Assembly (NCBI GenBank): GCA_034432855.1
Contig: DAOUBA010000058.1
Location: forward strand, 5,483 to 69,482
Direction: 5' to 3'
Origin: Anaerolineae bacterium
GTDB lineage: Bacteria; Chloroflexota; Anaerolineae; B4-G1
DNA length: 64,000 nucleotides
The translations under genes and the position numbers were made by a program. The notes beneath the pieces were generated by a model. The model was not told the DNA's origin. It worked only from the letters and a program-made list of their open reading frames with translations, and did no database searches. Position 1 is the stretch's first letter, and every line of letters starts with the position of its first letter. This document shows positions 28,175 to 38,016 of the stretch, one piece after another.

Positions 28175-28371
28175 CCATAAGTGTGCAACTCGGCAAGGGA
28201 GGGTCGCATCCTTCTGCTGGAGGGGCGACCCTCCCCTCCGAATGGAAACTGAGGCTGTCCCTAGTACTCTGTCAACCATGATTGGGTGGTAGAAATCGGC
28301 GTCAGAGACTCCTACCGTAGTTTTGTACCGGAAACTAGCCCCTCGTGGGCTTGTGAGGAAGGAGACGCAAG

Positions 28372-29133
28372 ATGAGGCTGGTTGATAAAGTTGCAATCAT
28401 CACAGGTGCAGGCGCAGGGATCGGTCGTTCTACTGCGCTCCTCTTTGCCCGGGAGGGTGCCAGGGTCGTGGTTGCCGACCGCGATCCGCAAGAGGGAGCA
28501 AAGACCGTGAGCCTGATCGAGGAGAACGGCGGCGCGGCAATATTCGTTCAGGTGGATGTGTCTAAAGCGGCCGACGTGAGGAAGATGGTCGAGACAGCCA
28601 TCGAGACGTACGGTAAACTCGATATCCTGGTAAACAATGCCGGGATTTACGTGCAGGCCGACGTGGTGGAAACCACGGAAGAAGAATGGGATCGGATTTT
28701 GAACGTCAACCTGAAAGGGGCTTTTCTGTGTTCCAAGTACTGTATTCCTGAGATGATTAAGAATGGAGGCGGGTCTATTGTCAACGTCGGGTCTGAGGCG
28801 GGCATCGCGGGCATCAAGAACCAGGTGGCTTACAATGTATCCAAGAGCGGGATGATAGCTCTGACCAAGAGTACGGCCATAGATTTTGCGGCCCACAATA
28901 TCAGGGTCAATTGTGTCTGCCCCGGCACCACGGAAACACCCTTGGTCAAGATGGCACTGGAGAGAGCGCCAGACCCGGCAGCGGCGCGCCGCGCCCTGGA
29001 ACAAGTTCGTCCCGCCAACAGGCTGGGGCGGCCGGAGGAGATAGCCGCCGGTATTCTCTATCTGGCCTCTGATGAATCCCCGTACGCCACGGGTTCAATA
29101 CTCTCTATAGACGGCGGGTACACAGCTCAATAA
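28372..29133 (+). CDS. SDR family oxidoreductase
   Basis: TGAGAGIGRSTA; NNAGI; YNVSKSG (YxxxK). Confidence 0.85.
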   Translation: MRLVDKVAIITGAGAGIGRSTALLFAREGARVVVADRDPQEGAKTVSLIEENGGAAIFVQVDVSKAADVRKMVETAIETYGKLDILVNNAGIYVQADVVETTEEEWDRILNVNLKGAFLCSKYCIPEMIKNGGGSIVNVGSEAGIAGIKNQVAYNVSKSGMIALTKSTAIDFAAHNIRVNCVCPGTTETPLVKMALERAPDPAAARRALEQVRPANRLGRPEEIAAGILYLASDESPYATGSILSIDGGYTAQ

Positions 29134-29140
29134 GGAGGCC

Positions 29141-30637
29141 GTGCAAACCATGTCTTCGCTTATCTTGCGTACTGAGGCGATTGACAAGCGCTACCCGGGC
29201 GTTCACGCGCTGAATCACTTTGATTTCGATCTCTGCGAGGGAGAAGTCCATATTCTCCTGGGCGAGAACGGGGCGGGCAAGTCAACCTTCATGAAGATTC
29301 TCAGCGGCTCTGTGCCGCCGGATAGTGGCCGGATTTTCCTGCGCGGCCGGCAGGTTCACATCGTAAGCCCGCATCATGCACGAGAATTGGGAATAGGCAT
29401 GGTTTATCAAGAACTAAGCCTCATTCCCCGTCTTAGTGTAGCCGAGAATATTTTCCTGGGCAGACTCCCCAAGCGCAGACCATTCGGGACCGTTGATTGG
29501 CCCGCAGCCATGTCGCAGGCCAGGAGAATCTTGGATGATCTGGGCGTTGACATTGACCCCGGGGAACGCGTCGGCAACCTCAGTATGGGCGAGCAGCAAT
29601 TGATCGAGATCGCCAAGGCTTTGTCTATGAATGCGCAAATCCTGCTGCTGGATGAGCCTACCTCGGCCCTATCCGATGAGGAGCGCGAGCGACTCTTCAG
29701 CATCTTGCGAGGGTTTCAGGAGAGGGGGGTGGCGATCATCTATGTCTCCCACCGCCTGGCCGAGGTTCCTCGGATCGGGCATCGAGTGACCGTCCTGCGC
29801 GACGGCGCGAAGGTAGACACCCTTCCGGTAGACCAGGCTGATGAAGCCACCTTGATTCGGATGATGGTGGGCCGCGAGTTGGGAGAACAATTCCCCAAAG
29901 AGAAAGTGAAGCGTGGCCGGGAACTGTTGAGGGTTGAAGGTTTGACGGTAAAAGGGGTGCTGAACAACCTCAGCCTGAGCGTTCACGAAGGTGAGATTGT
30001 GGGCATTTCTGGCCTGTTGGGGGCGGGCCGCACAGAGTTTGCTCGCGCCCTCTTTGGGCTTGATCCGATTGACGGGGGTGAGATCTTTGTAGATGGAAGG
30101 AAGGTCAAAATCACTTCCTCCTCGGAGGCTATTGCGTTAGGCCTCGGTTATCTCACCGAAAGCAGGAGGGATGGACTCGTGCCGCGATTGCCCATCCCGC
30201 CCAACATCACTTTGGCCAACCTGAAAAGGATGTGTCAACTGGGCTTTCTCAAACGCAATGAAGAAAGAACGTTGGCAGAGACATACGTCAAAGAATTGAA
30301 CATCCATACATCCAGGTTGAGTCAAATGGTCGAGTTTCTCAGCGGCGGCAATCAGCAAAAGGTCGCCCTGGCCAAGTGGTTGTGTACTCAGGCAAAAGTC
30401 CTGATTTTCGATGAGCCTACCAGAGGGATCGACGTGGGAGCCAAGGCGGAGGTCTTCCGTCTGATGAACGACCTGGCGAAAAAAGGGGTGGGGATCATCT
30501 TGATTTCCTCCGAGATGCCGGAGATTCTAGCCATGTCCGACCGTATTCTGGTAATGGCCAGGGGTTCCTTCGTGGCCGAATATGCGGCCGGGCAGGCATC
30601 TCAGGAAGATCTCTTGAGAGACGCCGTAGCAAAATGA
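29141..30637 (+). CDS. Sugar ABC transporter ATP-binding protein with duplicated NBDs
   Basis: Walker A GENGAGKST and a second NBD (GLLGAGRTE); signature LSMGEQQLIEI / LSGGNQQKVAL. Confidence 0.9.
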   Translation: MQTMSSLILRTEAIDKRYPGVHALNHFDFDLCEGEVHILLGENGAGKSTFMKILSGSVPPDSGRIFLRGRQVHIVSPHHARELGIGMVYQELSLIPRLSVAENIFLGRLPKRRPFGTVDWPAAMSQARRILDDLGVDIDPGERVGNLSMGEQQLIEIAKALSMNAQILLLDEPTSALSDEERERLFSILRGFQERGVAIIYVSHRLAEVPRIGHRVTVLRDGAKVDTLPVDQADEATLIRMMVGRELGEQFPKEKVKRGRELLRVEGLTVKGVLNNLSLSVHEGEIVGISGLLGAGRTEFARALFGLDPIDGGEIFVDGRKVKITSSSEAIALGLGYLTESRRDGLVPRLPIPPNITLANLKRMCQLGFLKRNEERTLAETYVKELNIHTSRLSQMVEFLSGGNQQKVALAKWLCTQAKVLIFDEPTRGIDVGAKAEVFRLMNDLAKKGVGIILISSEMPEILAMSDRILVMARGSFVAEYAAGQASQEDLLRDAVAK

Positions 30638-30653
30638 GAAAGGAGCACACATA

Positions 30654-31688
30654 ATGATCAAGAATCTTTCGGGATCGAGCGTTTCGGACTTGGGACGGGT
30701 CAAGACGTGGGTGGCTACGCCTCAACTGCGGGTACGGCTGGTGATCCGAGCCGTACTGGTGTTGGCCGTGATGCTATTCATCTACTATGTTGCGACGGCG
30801 CCCCGCTTCTTCAGTGTTGCCAACGCAGCCAACGTGGCCGCGCGAACGGCGCCGGGCATCATCTTGGCCGTGGCGCAGACGATGGTTATCATCTCGGCGG
30901 GCATTGACTTGTCCGTAGGGGCCATCCTCGCCTTTTCAGGCTCGTTGGCTTCGATAGCCTATTGCTATTGGGGCGTCCCCGTCTGGCCGGCTATGCTGCT
31001 CGCCCTTGCAGCAGGCGCCCTGTTGGGCTGTATCAACGGCCTGATTATCATGAAGGGCAAGATTCCCGATTTTATCGCTACACTGGGGATGATGGGCACA
31101 GCCCGTGGCATAGCCCTCATCCTGACCGGTGGGTTGCCTGTCCCTTCTCACCTGACCGCCGTTACTCTCAAGGCTTATCTGCCCAATGAGATCATTTGGA
31201 TGGGGAGCGGGAACATCCTTGGCTTCCCGGCAGGTGCCCTTATCGCCTTGCTGGTCGTCGTTGCCGGTTGGGTGATCCTGAGGCACACCGGTTTTGGACG
31301 CGCTATCTATGCCGTCGGTGGGAATAGAGAGGCGGCCAGGGTCTCGGGCATTGATGTTGACCGTACCAAGATCATGGTCTACACCCTCTCGGGATTGCTG
31401 GCGGGGCTGGCCAGCCTAGTGCTAGTAGGGCGCATGAACTCTGCCAACGCTCTGATGGCAGAACCGGCGAATCTGGAAAGCATCTCGGCTGCGGTCATCG
31501 GGGGCACCAACCTCTTCGGGGGCGAGGGTGGCGTGATCGGCTCCTTGATCGGTGCTCTCATCATGGGCATCCTGGGCAACGTTCTGAACCTGCATAATGT
31601 GCAGGATTTTGCGCAGCGGGTCTTTATGGGGTTGCTGATTATCGGCGTCGTACTGTTCGATCAGTTACGGAGAAGGTACGGCGCCTGA
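30654..31688 (+). CDS. ABC transporter permease (BPD_transp_2)
   Basis: ..AVGGNREAARVSGIDVDRTKIMVYTLSGLLAGLASLV.. polytopic. Confidence 0.85.
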   Translation: MIKNLSGSSVSDLGRVKTWVATPQLRVRLVIRAVLVLAVMLFIYYVATAPRFFSVANAANVAARTAPGIILAVAQTMVIISAGIDLSVGAILAFSGSLASIAYCYWGVPVWPAMLLALAAGALLGCINGLIIMKGKIPDFIATLGMMGTARGIALILTGGLPVPSHLTAVTLKAYLPNEIIWMGSGNILGFPAGALIALLVVVAGWVILRHTGFGRAIYAVGGNREAARVSGIDVDRTKIMVYTLSGLLAGLASLVLVGRMNSANALMAEPANLESISAAVIGGTNLFGGEGGVIGSLIGALIMGILGNVLNLHNVQDFAQRVFMGLLIIGVVLFDQLRRRYGA

Positions 31689-31712
31689 AACTGGTGAAAG
31701 GTGAGGGAGGCT

Positions 31713-32576
31713 ATGAAGTATTCTATAAGCAACTGGATATATGCCGACGAGCCCTTGCGGATCACTTTCCAACGCCTGCAGAAGTACGGTTACGACGGTG
31801 TAGAACTGGTAGGCGAGCCTCAGCGTTACAACGTCCAGGAGATCAACGGGCTTTGCCAGGAGTTCGGGCTTTCCGTCCTCTCCGTCCTCGGCTGGGCCAT
31901 CTGGCCCCTGGAGAGAGACCTGGCTCACCCGGACCCTCAGATGCGCCGGAAAGCCCTCAAGTACGCCGCCGAATGCGTGGACCTGGCCGTGGCCGTAGGG
32001 GCCCCCCTGGTGGTGGTTATCCCCGCCTCGGCAGGGAGAACCAGCCCGATTGGCCGGCTGGATAGCGGGGAAGCCTGGAAGGAGGCGGTGGCGAGGGAAT
32101 GGGACTATGCTGTGGAATCCGTCAAGGCCGCAGCAGCCTGTGCTGAGGAATACGGCGTGCTGATCGCCGTAGAGCCCATTAATCGGTACGAGAGCTTTCT
32201 CGTCAACAACGTGGATCAGGGCCTTCGCTTCGTCCAGGAGGTGAACTCTACAGTGGCAAGGCTGCATCTCGATGCGTTCCATATGAACATCGAAGAGAAG
32301 GATGTGGCCGAGGCTGTCCGCAAGGCCGGTGATCTCCTGGTCAACATGCACATTTCCGATTCCAACCGGGCGGCAGTGGGCCACGGCCACACCGACTTTA
32401 GGGCCATCATGCAGGCTTTGCAAGAGATCAACTACCAGGGTATACTTACCATGGAGCCTGTGCCGCCGGTGCCCGATGCCTTCATGGCTATCTCGATGGA
32501 AGAGTTCCTGCCCCTCAGGGATGTTTACGCTGAGGAGTGCATCACGCGCCTTCGCCAATACGAACGAGAGGTCTGA
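31713..32576 (+). CDS. Sugar phosphate isomerase/epimerase (xylose-isomerase-like TIM barrel)
   Basis: AP_endonuc_2 / XylA-like fold: ..LIAVEPINRYESFLVNNVDQGLRFVQEV..LHLDAFHMNIEEKD..; RBS gagggagg before ATG 31713. Confidence 0.75.
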   Translation: MKYSISNWIYADEPLRITFQRLQKYGYDGVELVGEPQRYNVQEINGLCQEFGLSVLSVLGWAIWPLERDLAHPDPQMRRKALKYAAECVDLAVAVGAPLVVVIPASAGRTSPIGRLDSGEAWKEAVAREWDYAVESVKAAAACAEEYGVLIAVEPINRYESFLVNNVDQGLRFVQEVNSTVARLHLDAFHMNIEEKDVAEAVRKAGDLLVNMHISDSNRAAVGHGHTDFRAIMQALQEINYQGILTMEPVPPVPDAFMAISMEEFLPLRDVYAEECITRLRQYEREV

Positions 32577-32622
32577 ACGCATCAGCCTGCTTGTGTGCGG
32601 ATTGTAGGGATAAAGGTTAAGA

Positions 32623-33486
32623 ATGAACAAGATCGGCATATACTATGCCTATTGGACGCACGATTGGGACGCGGACTTTCACCCTCTCATTGACAAGGTC
32701 GCTGAACTGGGATTTGATGTTCTGGAGGTCAATGCGGGTACCATAGCCGGCATGACATTTGAAGAACGCCAAAGCCTGAAAGCACACGCCGACGATAGGA
32801 ACATCATCCTGTCGCATTGCATTGGTCTTCCCCACCAATACGATATCGCCTCTGTAGACAAAGCCATCCGGGAGAATGGCATTGCCTACCTCAAGAAAAT
32901 CGCCAGGGCGATAGGCGAAATGGGTGGAGGGAATCTGGGTGGGATCATCTATGGTTCCTGGCCCGCAACGATGCCCGCAGGCGAGACGGATAAACGACCC
33001 TATGTCGAGCGCAGCGTTGTCAGCATGAAAGAAGCGATCAAGGCTGCAGAAGACAACAACGTCATTTTCAACGTGGAGGTGGTCAACCGTTTTGAGCAGT
33101 TCCTCATAAATACGTGTGAAGAAGCAATTGCTTACGTGGAAGCGGTTGCTAGCCCTAATGTCAAGATTCTGCTAGATACCTTTCATATGAACATCGAGGA
33201 GAATTTCATTGGCGAAGCGATCCAGAAAGCCGGTGACAAGTTGGGGCATCTCCATGTTGGGGAGAACAACAGGATGCCGCCCGGCTATGGCCATATCCCT
33301 TGGACAGAGGTCGGCGCTGCGTTGCGGAAGGTTGATTACCAGGGATACGTCGTTATGGAGCCCTTCCTGATGCCTGGCGGGGAAGTAGGACGCGACATCA
33401 AGGTTTTTCGAGACATGAGCGCCGATCTGGAGTTGGATGATGAAGCGCGAAAGGCTTTGATGTTCATTCGCGGTGTTTTGAAATAG
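32623..33486 (+). CDS. Ketose 3-epimerase (D-psicose/D-tagatose 3-epimerase family)
   Basis: Near-motif-by-motif match, from memory, to characterised D-psicose 3-epimerase: GIYYAYW..W.AD....I.KVA.LGFD.LE ; EV[VL]NRFE.[FY]LINT ; [ML]LDTFHMNIEE..IG.AI..AG..LGHLH.GE.NR.PG.G.IPW ; VVMEPF...GG.VG..IKV[FW]RD. Confidence 0.75.
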   Translation: MNKIGIYYAYWTHDWDADFHPLIDKVAELGFDVLEVNAGTIAGMTFEERQSLKAHADDRNIILSHCIGLPHQYDIASVDKAIRENGIAYLKKIARAIGEMGGGNLGGIIYGSWPATMPAGETDKRPYVERSVVSMKEAIKAAEDNNVIFNVEVVNRFEQFLINTCEEAIAYVEAVASPNVKILLDTFHMNIEENFIGEAIQKAGDKLGHLHVGENNRMPPGYGHIPWTEVGAALRKVDYQGYVVMEPFLMPGGEVGRDIKVFRDMSADLELDDEARKALMFIRGVLK

Positions 33487-33579
33487 GTGAAGTGAGGTGG
33501 GGCGCATGTAAATCTTGCGGGGGGACGAACGTCGGTTGAGCGCCGCCGTGTGCTCAAAGCACACGGCTGAGCCCACCGA

Positions 33580-33600
33580 AAGCCCTGCCGGGCTTATTTT
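33580..33600 (+). terminator. Putative intrinsic terminator (AAGCCC-tgcc-GGGCTT + TATTTT) after the epimerase gene, within a hairpin-rich 220-bp intergenic region
   Basis: Read directly; a further perfect 10-bp-stem hairpin sits at 33545-33567 (gccgtgtgct-caa-agcacacggc). Confidence 0.4.
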
Positions 33601-33706
33601 CAGCCCCTTAAGGAGGCTTTTGCCTGTTCAGCCCGGTGCTTTAGCGCCGGGCACGAGACAGTCAGCACTTCCCCCCCAAGTGCTACATGCGCCCAGTGAG
33701 GTGCAC

Positions 33707-34753
33707 ATGGAACACATGGAATCAGTCCGCATCTGTCTGGTAGGGGCCGGGCGTGCCGGTATGGTGCACGCCTTCAATTTCCGTCATCGCATCGCTGCGG
33801 CCCAACTGGCGGCCATCGTGGATGCCGACCAGACGCTGGCCCGCAGGCAGGCTGACGAACTGGACGTCCCGCACGTTTTCGAGAGCATCGAGGCGGCGCT
33901 TTCGGGGGTGGACTTTGACGCCGTCTGCATTGCCACACCGACGTTCACCCACGCCCCCATCGCGGTGGCAGCGGCGCGGGCCGGGAAACACGTCCTGTGC
34001 GAGAAGCCGATGGCGCTGACGCTGGACGAGGCGGACGCGATGATCGTCGCGGCCCAGGAGGCGGGGGTGATCCTGCAGATGGCCTTTATGCGCCGCTTTG
34101 ACCCGGCCTTTCGCGTGGCCAAGGAGCAGATCGAGGCCGGCGCTATCGGCGAGCCGATCATGATCCGCACGCTCACTCGGGGGCCGGGCCTGCCGCCGCG
34201 CTGGGCGTGTGATCCGGCTACCAGTATCGGCATGCTGGCCGAGGTGAACAGCCACGATTTCGATACCGTCCGTTGGCTGACAGGCAGCGAATTCGCCCGC
34301 GTCTACACGGAGGCGGCCACCTTCAAGGTTCCGCAACTGAGAGAAGAGTTCCCCAACTTTTACGATACCGCCGTGGTGAACATCCGTCTGGACAGCGGGG
34401 CGCTGGGCGTCATTGACGGTTGCTGTCCGGCAGAGTACGGCTACGATGCGCGGGCCGAAGTCCTCGGCACCAGAGGGGTGCTCTTCATCGGCGAACTGCG
34501 GGAGCGTGCGCTGGTGCGCTGCACGCGGGAGGGCGGTGTGGTAACGAAACAGTTCACCTCCTGGCCCACGCGGTTCGAGGCGGGCTATCTGGCGGAGGAC
34601 GAGCACTTTGTCAACTGCGTCCGTACCGGCGAACCGCCGGCGGTGACCGGCGAGGACGGGAAGCGGGCGCTGGAAGGGGTGTTGGCGGCGACCCGCTCGA
34701 TTCAGACGGGTGCCTCGGTGGCCCTTCCCCTTGGCGAAGGCGCGGGGGAGTAG
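33707..34753 (+). CDS. Gfo/Idh/MocA family oxidoreductase
   Basis: VRICLVGAGRAGMVHAFNF..; ..AGKHVLCEKPMA..; start refined to MEHMESVRI (RBS gtgagg). Confidence 0.8.
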   Translation: MEHMESVRICLVGAGRAGMVHAFNFRHRIAAAQLAAIVDADQTLARRQADELDVPHVFESIEAALSGVDFDAVCIATPTFTHAPIAVAAARAGKHVLCEKPMALTLDEADAMIVAAQEAGVILQMAFMRRFDPAFRVAKEQIEAGAIGEPIMIRTLTRGPGLPPRWACDPATSIGMLAEVNSHDFDTVRWLTGSEFARVYTEAATFKVPQLREEFPNFYDTAVVNIRLDSGALGVIDGCCPAEYGYDARAEVLGTRGVLFIGELRERALVRCTREGGVVTKQFTSWPTRFEAGYLAEDEHFVNCVRTGEPPAVTGEDGKRALEGVLAATRSIQTGASVALPLGEGAGE

Positions 34754-34757
34754 CCTG

Positions 34758-35810
34758 ATGGAGACTATGCTGGCTGCCGTGTATCATGGCCCCCATGATG
34801 TCCGATTGGAGGAAGTGGCGCGTCCACAGCCGGGCCCGGGAGAGGCCATGATGCGCGTTCGCGCAGCGTCCATCTGCGCGACCGACCTGCGTATCTTCAA
34901 CCACGGCCACTTCAAGATTCCGCCAGACACGGCTCGCATCCTGGGCCACGAATTGGCCGGAGAGATCGTGGCCGTGGGCGAAGGAGTCATCGGCCTGACA
35001 CCCGGCATGCGCGTCGCGGTGGCCCCGAACGTCGGTTGCGGCAGTTGTTGGGAGTGCATCCAGGGGTACAACAACCTCTGTCCCGACTACGACGCCTTGG
35101 GGATCACACTCGATGGCGGCTTTGCGGAAACCATGCGCATCACCGCGCCGGCGGTGCGGCAGGGGAACGTGGTCGCGATACCGGAGGGCCTCTCGTTCGA
35201 GGAGGCCGCTCTTGCCGAACCCCTGTCCTGTTGTTTCAACGCGCAAGAGGTCTGCCACCTATCGCCTGGTGAGACACTGCTCATCATCGGCGCGGGTCCC
35301 CTGGGCCTGATGCACCTGCTCCTGGGCCGCTACAGCGGGGCGGGCCAGGTCATTGTGAGCGAGGTGCAGGAAAAGCGCGCGCAGCAGGCCGCTGCGTTGG
35401 GCGCGGACCTGGTTGTGAATCCCAAAGAACAGGACTTGAAGAGTGCAGTCCTGGAAGCGACCGGTGGACACGGTGCGGATGTGGTCATGGTCGCCGTCGG
35501 ATCAGCAGAGTTGCAGGAACAGGCGGTGGAACTGGCTGCAAGGCGCGGCCGGGCGTGCTTCTTCGCCGGGCTGGCTGCCGGGCGCGACCGCGTCGGCATC
35601 AACGCCAACCACATCCACTACGGGCAGGTGACGGTCGTCGGCACCACCGGGTCGAACCTTCGCCAGTATCGCCAGACCATGCAGATACTCGGATCGGGCC
35701 GGCTCTCGCTTGCATCGCTGGTGACGGCCAGGCGACCGCTGCAGGAGATCGCGCAGGCACTTGCCGACGCGGCATCGGGTGAGCAATTCAAGGTGGTCGT
35801 CGTCCCGTGA
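34758..35810 (+). CDS. Zinc-dependent alcohol dehydrogenase (MDR family; sorbitol/threonine-dehydrogenase-like)
   Basis: Catalytic Zn ligands C..H..E (ICATDL..GHELAGEIV); structural Zn GCGSCWECIQGYNNLC; Rossmann IIGAGPLGL. Confidence 0.8.
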   Translation: METMLAAVYHGPHDVRLEEVARPQPGPGEAMMRVRAASICATDLRIFNHGHFKIPPDTARILGHELAGEIVAVGEGVIGLTPGMRVAVAPNVGCGSCWECIQGYNNLCPDYDALGITLDGGFAETMRITAPAVRQGNVVAIPEGLSFEEAALAEPLSCCFNAQEVCHLSPGETLLIIGAGPLGLMHLLLGRYSGAGQVIVSEVQEKRAQQAAALGADLVVNPKEQDLKSAVLEATGGHGADVVMVAVGSAELQEQAVELAARRGRACFFAGLAAGRDRVGINANHIHYGQVTVVGTTGSNLRQYRQTMQILGSGRLSLASLVTARRPLQEIAQALADAASGEQFKVVVVP

Positions 35811-35829
35811 ACGGCAAAAGAGAGGCGCT

Positions 35830-36402
35830 ATGGAAGTCATGAAACCATTTGCAACGACGTTGTCCTTCGCTGAACGGACCATCACACCGTACAGCCAGAG
35901 GATCGTGCGGCGGCTGAGCAACATGCGCGGGATGTACCAGGACGCAGCCGCGACTGAGGCGATCCTGGCGCAGCACGACCCCCTCATCTATGAGGTCTAC
36001 ACGGTGGATGTCCCGGAAAGTGAGGGGCATTTGCTACACTGTCTCACCGTGCTCTATCCGGGCCGGGTGGGGGATGAATACTATATGACCAAAGGCCACT
36101 TTCACGTTGCGATGGGCACGGCCGAGATCTACCTGGGGCTGGAAGGCGAGGGTTATCTGCTGATGCAGACCAAAGAGGGCGATGTGCAGGCGTTGAAGAT
36201 GGAGCGCGGGACGATAGCCTACGTGCCCCCCGATTATGCCCATCGCACCGTGAACACGGGGCAAGGCCCCTTTGTCTTCTTTGCCGTCTGGCCCGGTCAC
36301 GCCGGCCACGATTACGGCACGATCGAGGAGTGCGGTTTCATGCGGCTCATGGTGGAGCGGGACGGCCAACCCGTGCTGATCCCCAGCCCCCGTTACACCT
36401 AA
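35830..36402 (+). CDS. Cupin-type glucose-6-phosphate isomerase (cPGI, archaeal-type)
   Basis: Strong motif-level resemblance, from memory, to Thermococcales cPGI: VRRLS.M.G.[FY]..E..DP.[IV]YEVY.V......G.L...T.VLYPG.VG.E...TKGHFH...AE.Y..L.G.G..L.QT.EGD.....ME.GT..YVPP..AHRTVN.G..PF.F.A..P..AGHDYGTI.E.GF. Confidence 0.75.
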   Translation: MEVMKPFATTLSFAERTITPYSQRIVRRLSNMRGMYQDAAATEAILAQHDPLIYEVYTVDVPESEGHLLHCLTVLYPGRVGDEYYMTKGHFHVAMGTAEIYLGLEGEGYLLMQTKEGDVQALKMERGTIAYVPPDYAHRTVNTGQGPFVFFAVWPGHAGHDYGTIEECGFMRLMVERDGQPVLIPSPRYT

Positions 36403-36429
36403 AAGTGGCGCAAGAGAGGAGGACGTCGG

Positions 36430-37992
36430 ATGAACCCCTGTCTGATCGGCGTAGACCTGGGTACGATGGGCACCAAGGCGGCGATTTTCGACGCCGAGGG
36501 GCAATTGCTGGCCAGCGCCTACGAAGAGTCACGGCTGCACTACCCGCAGCCCGGCTGGGTGGAACAGGATCCAGAGGACTTTTACGGCGCCGCAGTGCGC
36601 ACGATCCGCCAGTGCGTGGAGTCGAGCGGCATTGACCCGGCGCAGGTAGCCGCTATCGCCTTCGACGGGCAGATGGCCGGCATCGGTACGGTGGATAAGG
36701 ACTGGGGCACTCCCACAGTCTACGATTCCTGGCTGGATACCCGCTGCAAGCCGGCCATCGAGCAGATGCGGCCCTTCGAGGAGACCATCATCCAGCGCGC
36801 AGGCGGCCCGCCGACCTACTCTCACGGCCCCAAGATGCTGTGGTGGAAGCAAGAACGGCCCGAGGTCTTTCGCAAGATTCACAAGTTCGTCGTCCCCGGC
36901 GGTTACGTCGCTGGGCGTATGGCCGGACTCAAGGGGGAAGACGCCTTCATGGATTATACCTACATTCACTTCTCATGTCTCAGCGACACGGTGAAGGCGA
37001 CCTGGGACGAAGACCTGTGCCGCGAGTTCGGCATCCCGCTGGAGAAACTGCCCCGCATCGTGTCCCCCTGGGAGGTGATCGGCAAGTTGACGCCAGCGGC
37101 GGCCAGGGACTGCGGGCTGAAGGCCGGGACGCCCATCGCCGCCGGGGCAGGCGACCAGGCGGCGGGAATGTTAGGCGCTGCGATGGTCGAGCCGGGCCTG
37201 GTGTTCGACGTGGCGGGCACTGCTTCCGTCTTTGCGATCTGCGTGGACCGCTTCGTGCCGGACGTGACGCACAAGACGCTGTTCACCGCCCGGCTGGTGC
37301 CGCGGGACCTGTGGTACGCGCTGGCCTACATCAACGGGGGTGGGCTGAACCTGCGCTGGTTCCGCGACGAGTGGGCGAACGAGGTCAAGGAAGAAGCCAG
37401 GGCGCGAGGCGAGAGCGAGTACGTGATCCTCGACCGGCTGGCGGCAGAGGTGCCGCCTGGTTCAGATGGCCTGCTCTTCCTGCCTCACCTGCAAGGGCGG
37501 GTCTGCCCCAGCGACGCCGACGTGCGCGGCTTGTGGATGGGCTTCACCTGGGCGCACCGCAAGCCCCACTTCTACCGGGCGATGCTGGAGGCGGTGGCAT
37601 ACGAGTACGCTTACTATCTGGGCATCGAGAAGGCGCTCCTGCCGGAGGCTGAGTTCAGGGAGGCGCGCGTCATCGGTGGTGGCGCCCGCAGCCGGCTGTG
37701 GAACCAGATCAAAGCGGATGTGCTGGGACTGCCTTACGTGCGCTTGAACCGGGAAGAGTTTTCGGTACTGGGCTCTGCCATCGTCGCAGGGTATGCGGTG
37801 GGAGTGTTCGACGACCTCAAGGCCACTGCCCGCCGCTTCGTGGCGGCCACCGAGCGGATCGAGCCGCAGTCGGAACACCATCGGTTCTATCAACCCTACG
37901 TCGAGCAGTACGTTGCCCTTCTGGCCGAGACCGCGCCATTTTATCGGCGGCTGGCGACCCTGCCAGAACCGCCTGATGGCGGGGCGTCGTGA
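36430..37992 (+). CDS. FGGY family carbohydrate kinase (xylulokinase/glycerol-kinase-like)
   Basis: N-terminal LIGVDLGTMGTKAAIFD; FGGY_N and FGGY_C conserved blocks (..GGGARSRLWNQIKADVLGLP..). Confidence 0.85.
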   Translation: MNPCLIGVDLGTMGTKAAIFDAEGQLLASAYEESRLHYPQPGWVEQDPEDFYGAAVRTIRQCVESSGIDPAQVAAIAFDGQMAGIGTVDKDWGTPTVYDSWLDTRCKPAIEQMRPFEETIIQRAGGPPTYSHGPKMLWWKQERPEVFRKIHKFVVPGGYVAGRMAGLKGEDAFMDYTYIHFSCLSDTVKATWDEDLCREFGIPLEKLPRIVSPWEVIGKLTPAAARDCGLKAGTPIAAGAGDQAAGMLGAAMVEPGLVFDVAGTASVFAICVDRFVPDVTHKTLFTARLVPRDLWYALAYINGGGLNLRWFRDEWANEVKEEARARGESEYVILDRLAAEVPPGSDGLLFLPHLQGRVCPSDADVRGLWMGFTWAHRKPHFYRAMLEAVAYEYAYYLGIEKALLPEAEFREARVIGGGARSRLWNQIKADVLGLPYVRLNREEFSVLGSAIVAGYAVGVFDDLKATARRFVAATERIEPQSEHHRFYQPYVEQYVALLAETAPFYRRLATLPEPPDGGAS

Positions 37993-38016
37993 AATGATGA
38001 GAGGTGGAGGTGAAGG

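Noticed and set aside
26828-28396. 522-aa minus-strand ORF
   Set aside because: Antisense to the sugar-binding lipoprotein gene, which has a lipobox, RBS and PBP motifs.
19600-33500. Low-GC island as a discrete mobile element (ICE or transposon)
   Set aside because: No integrase, transposase, relaxase or flanking direct repeats were seen; only the compositional shift is reported.
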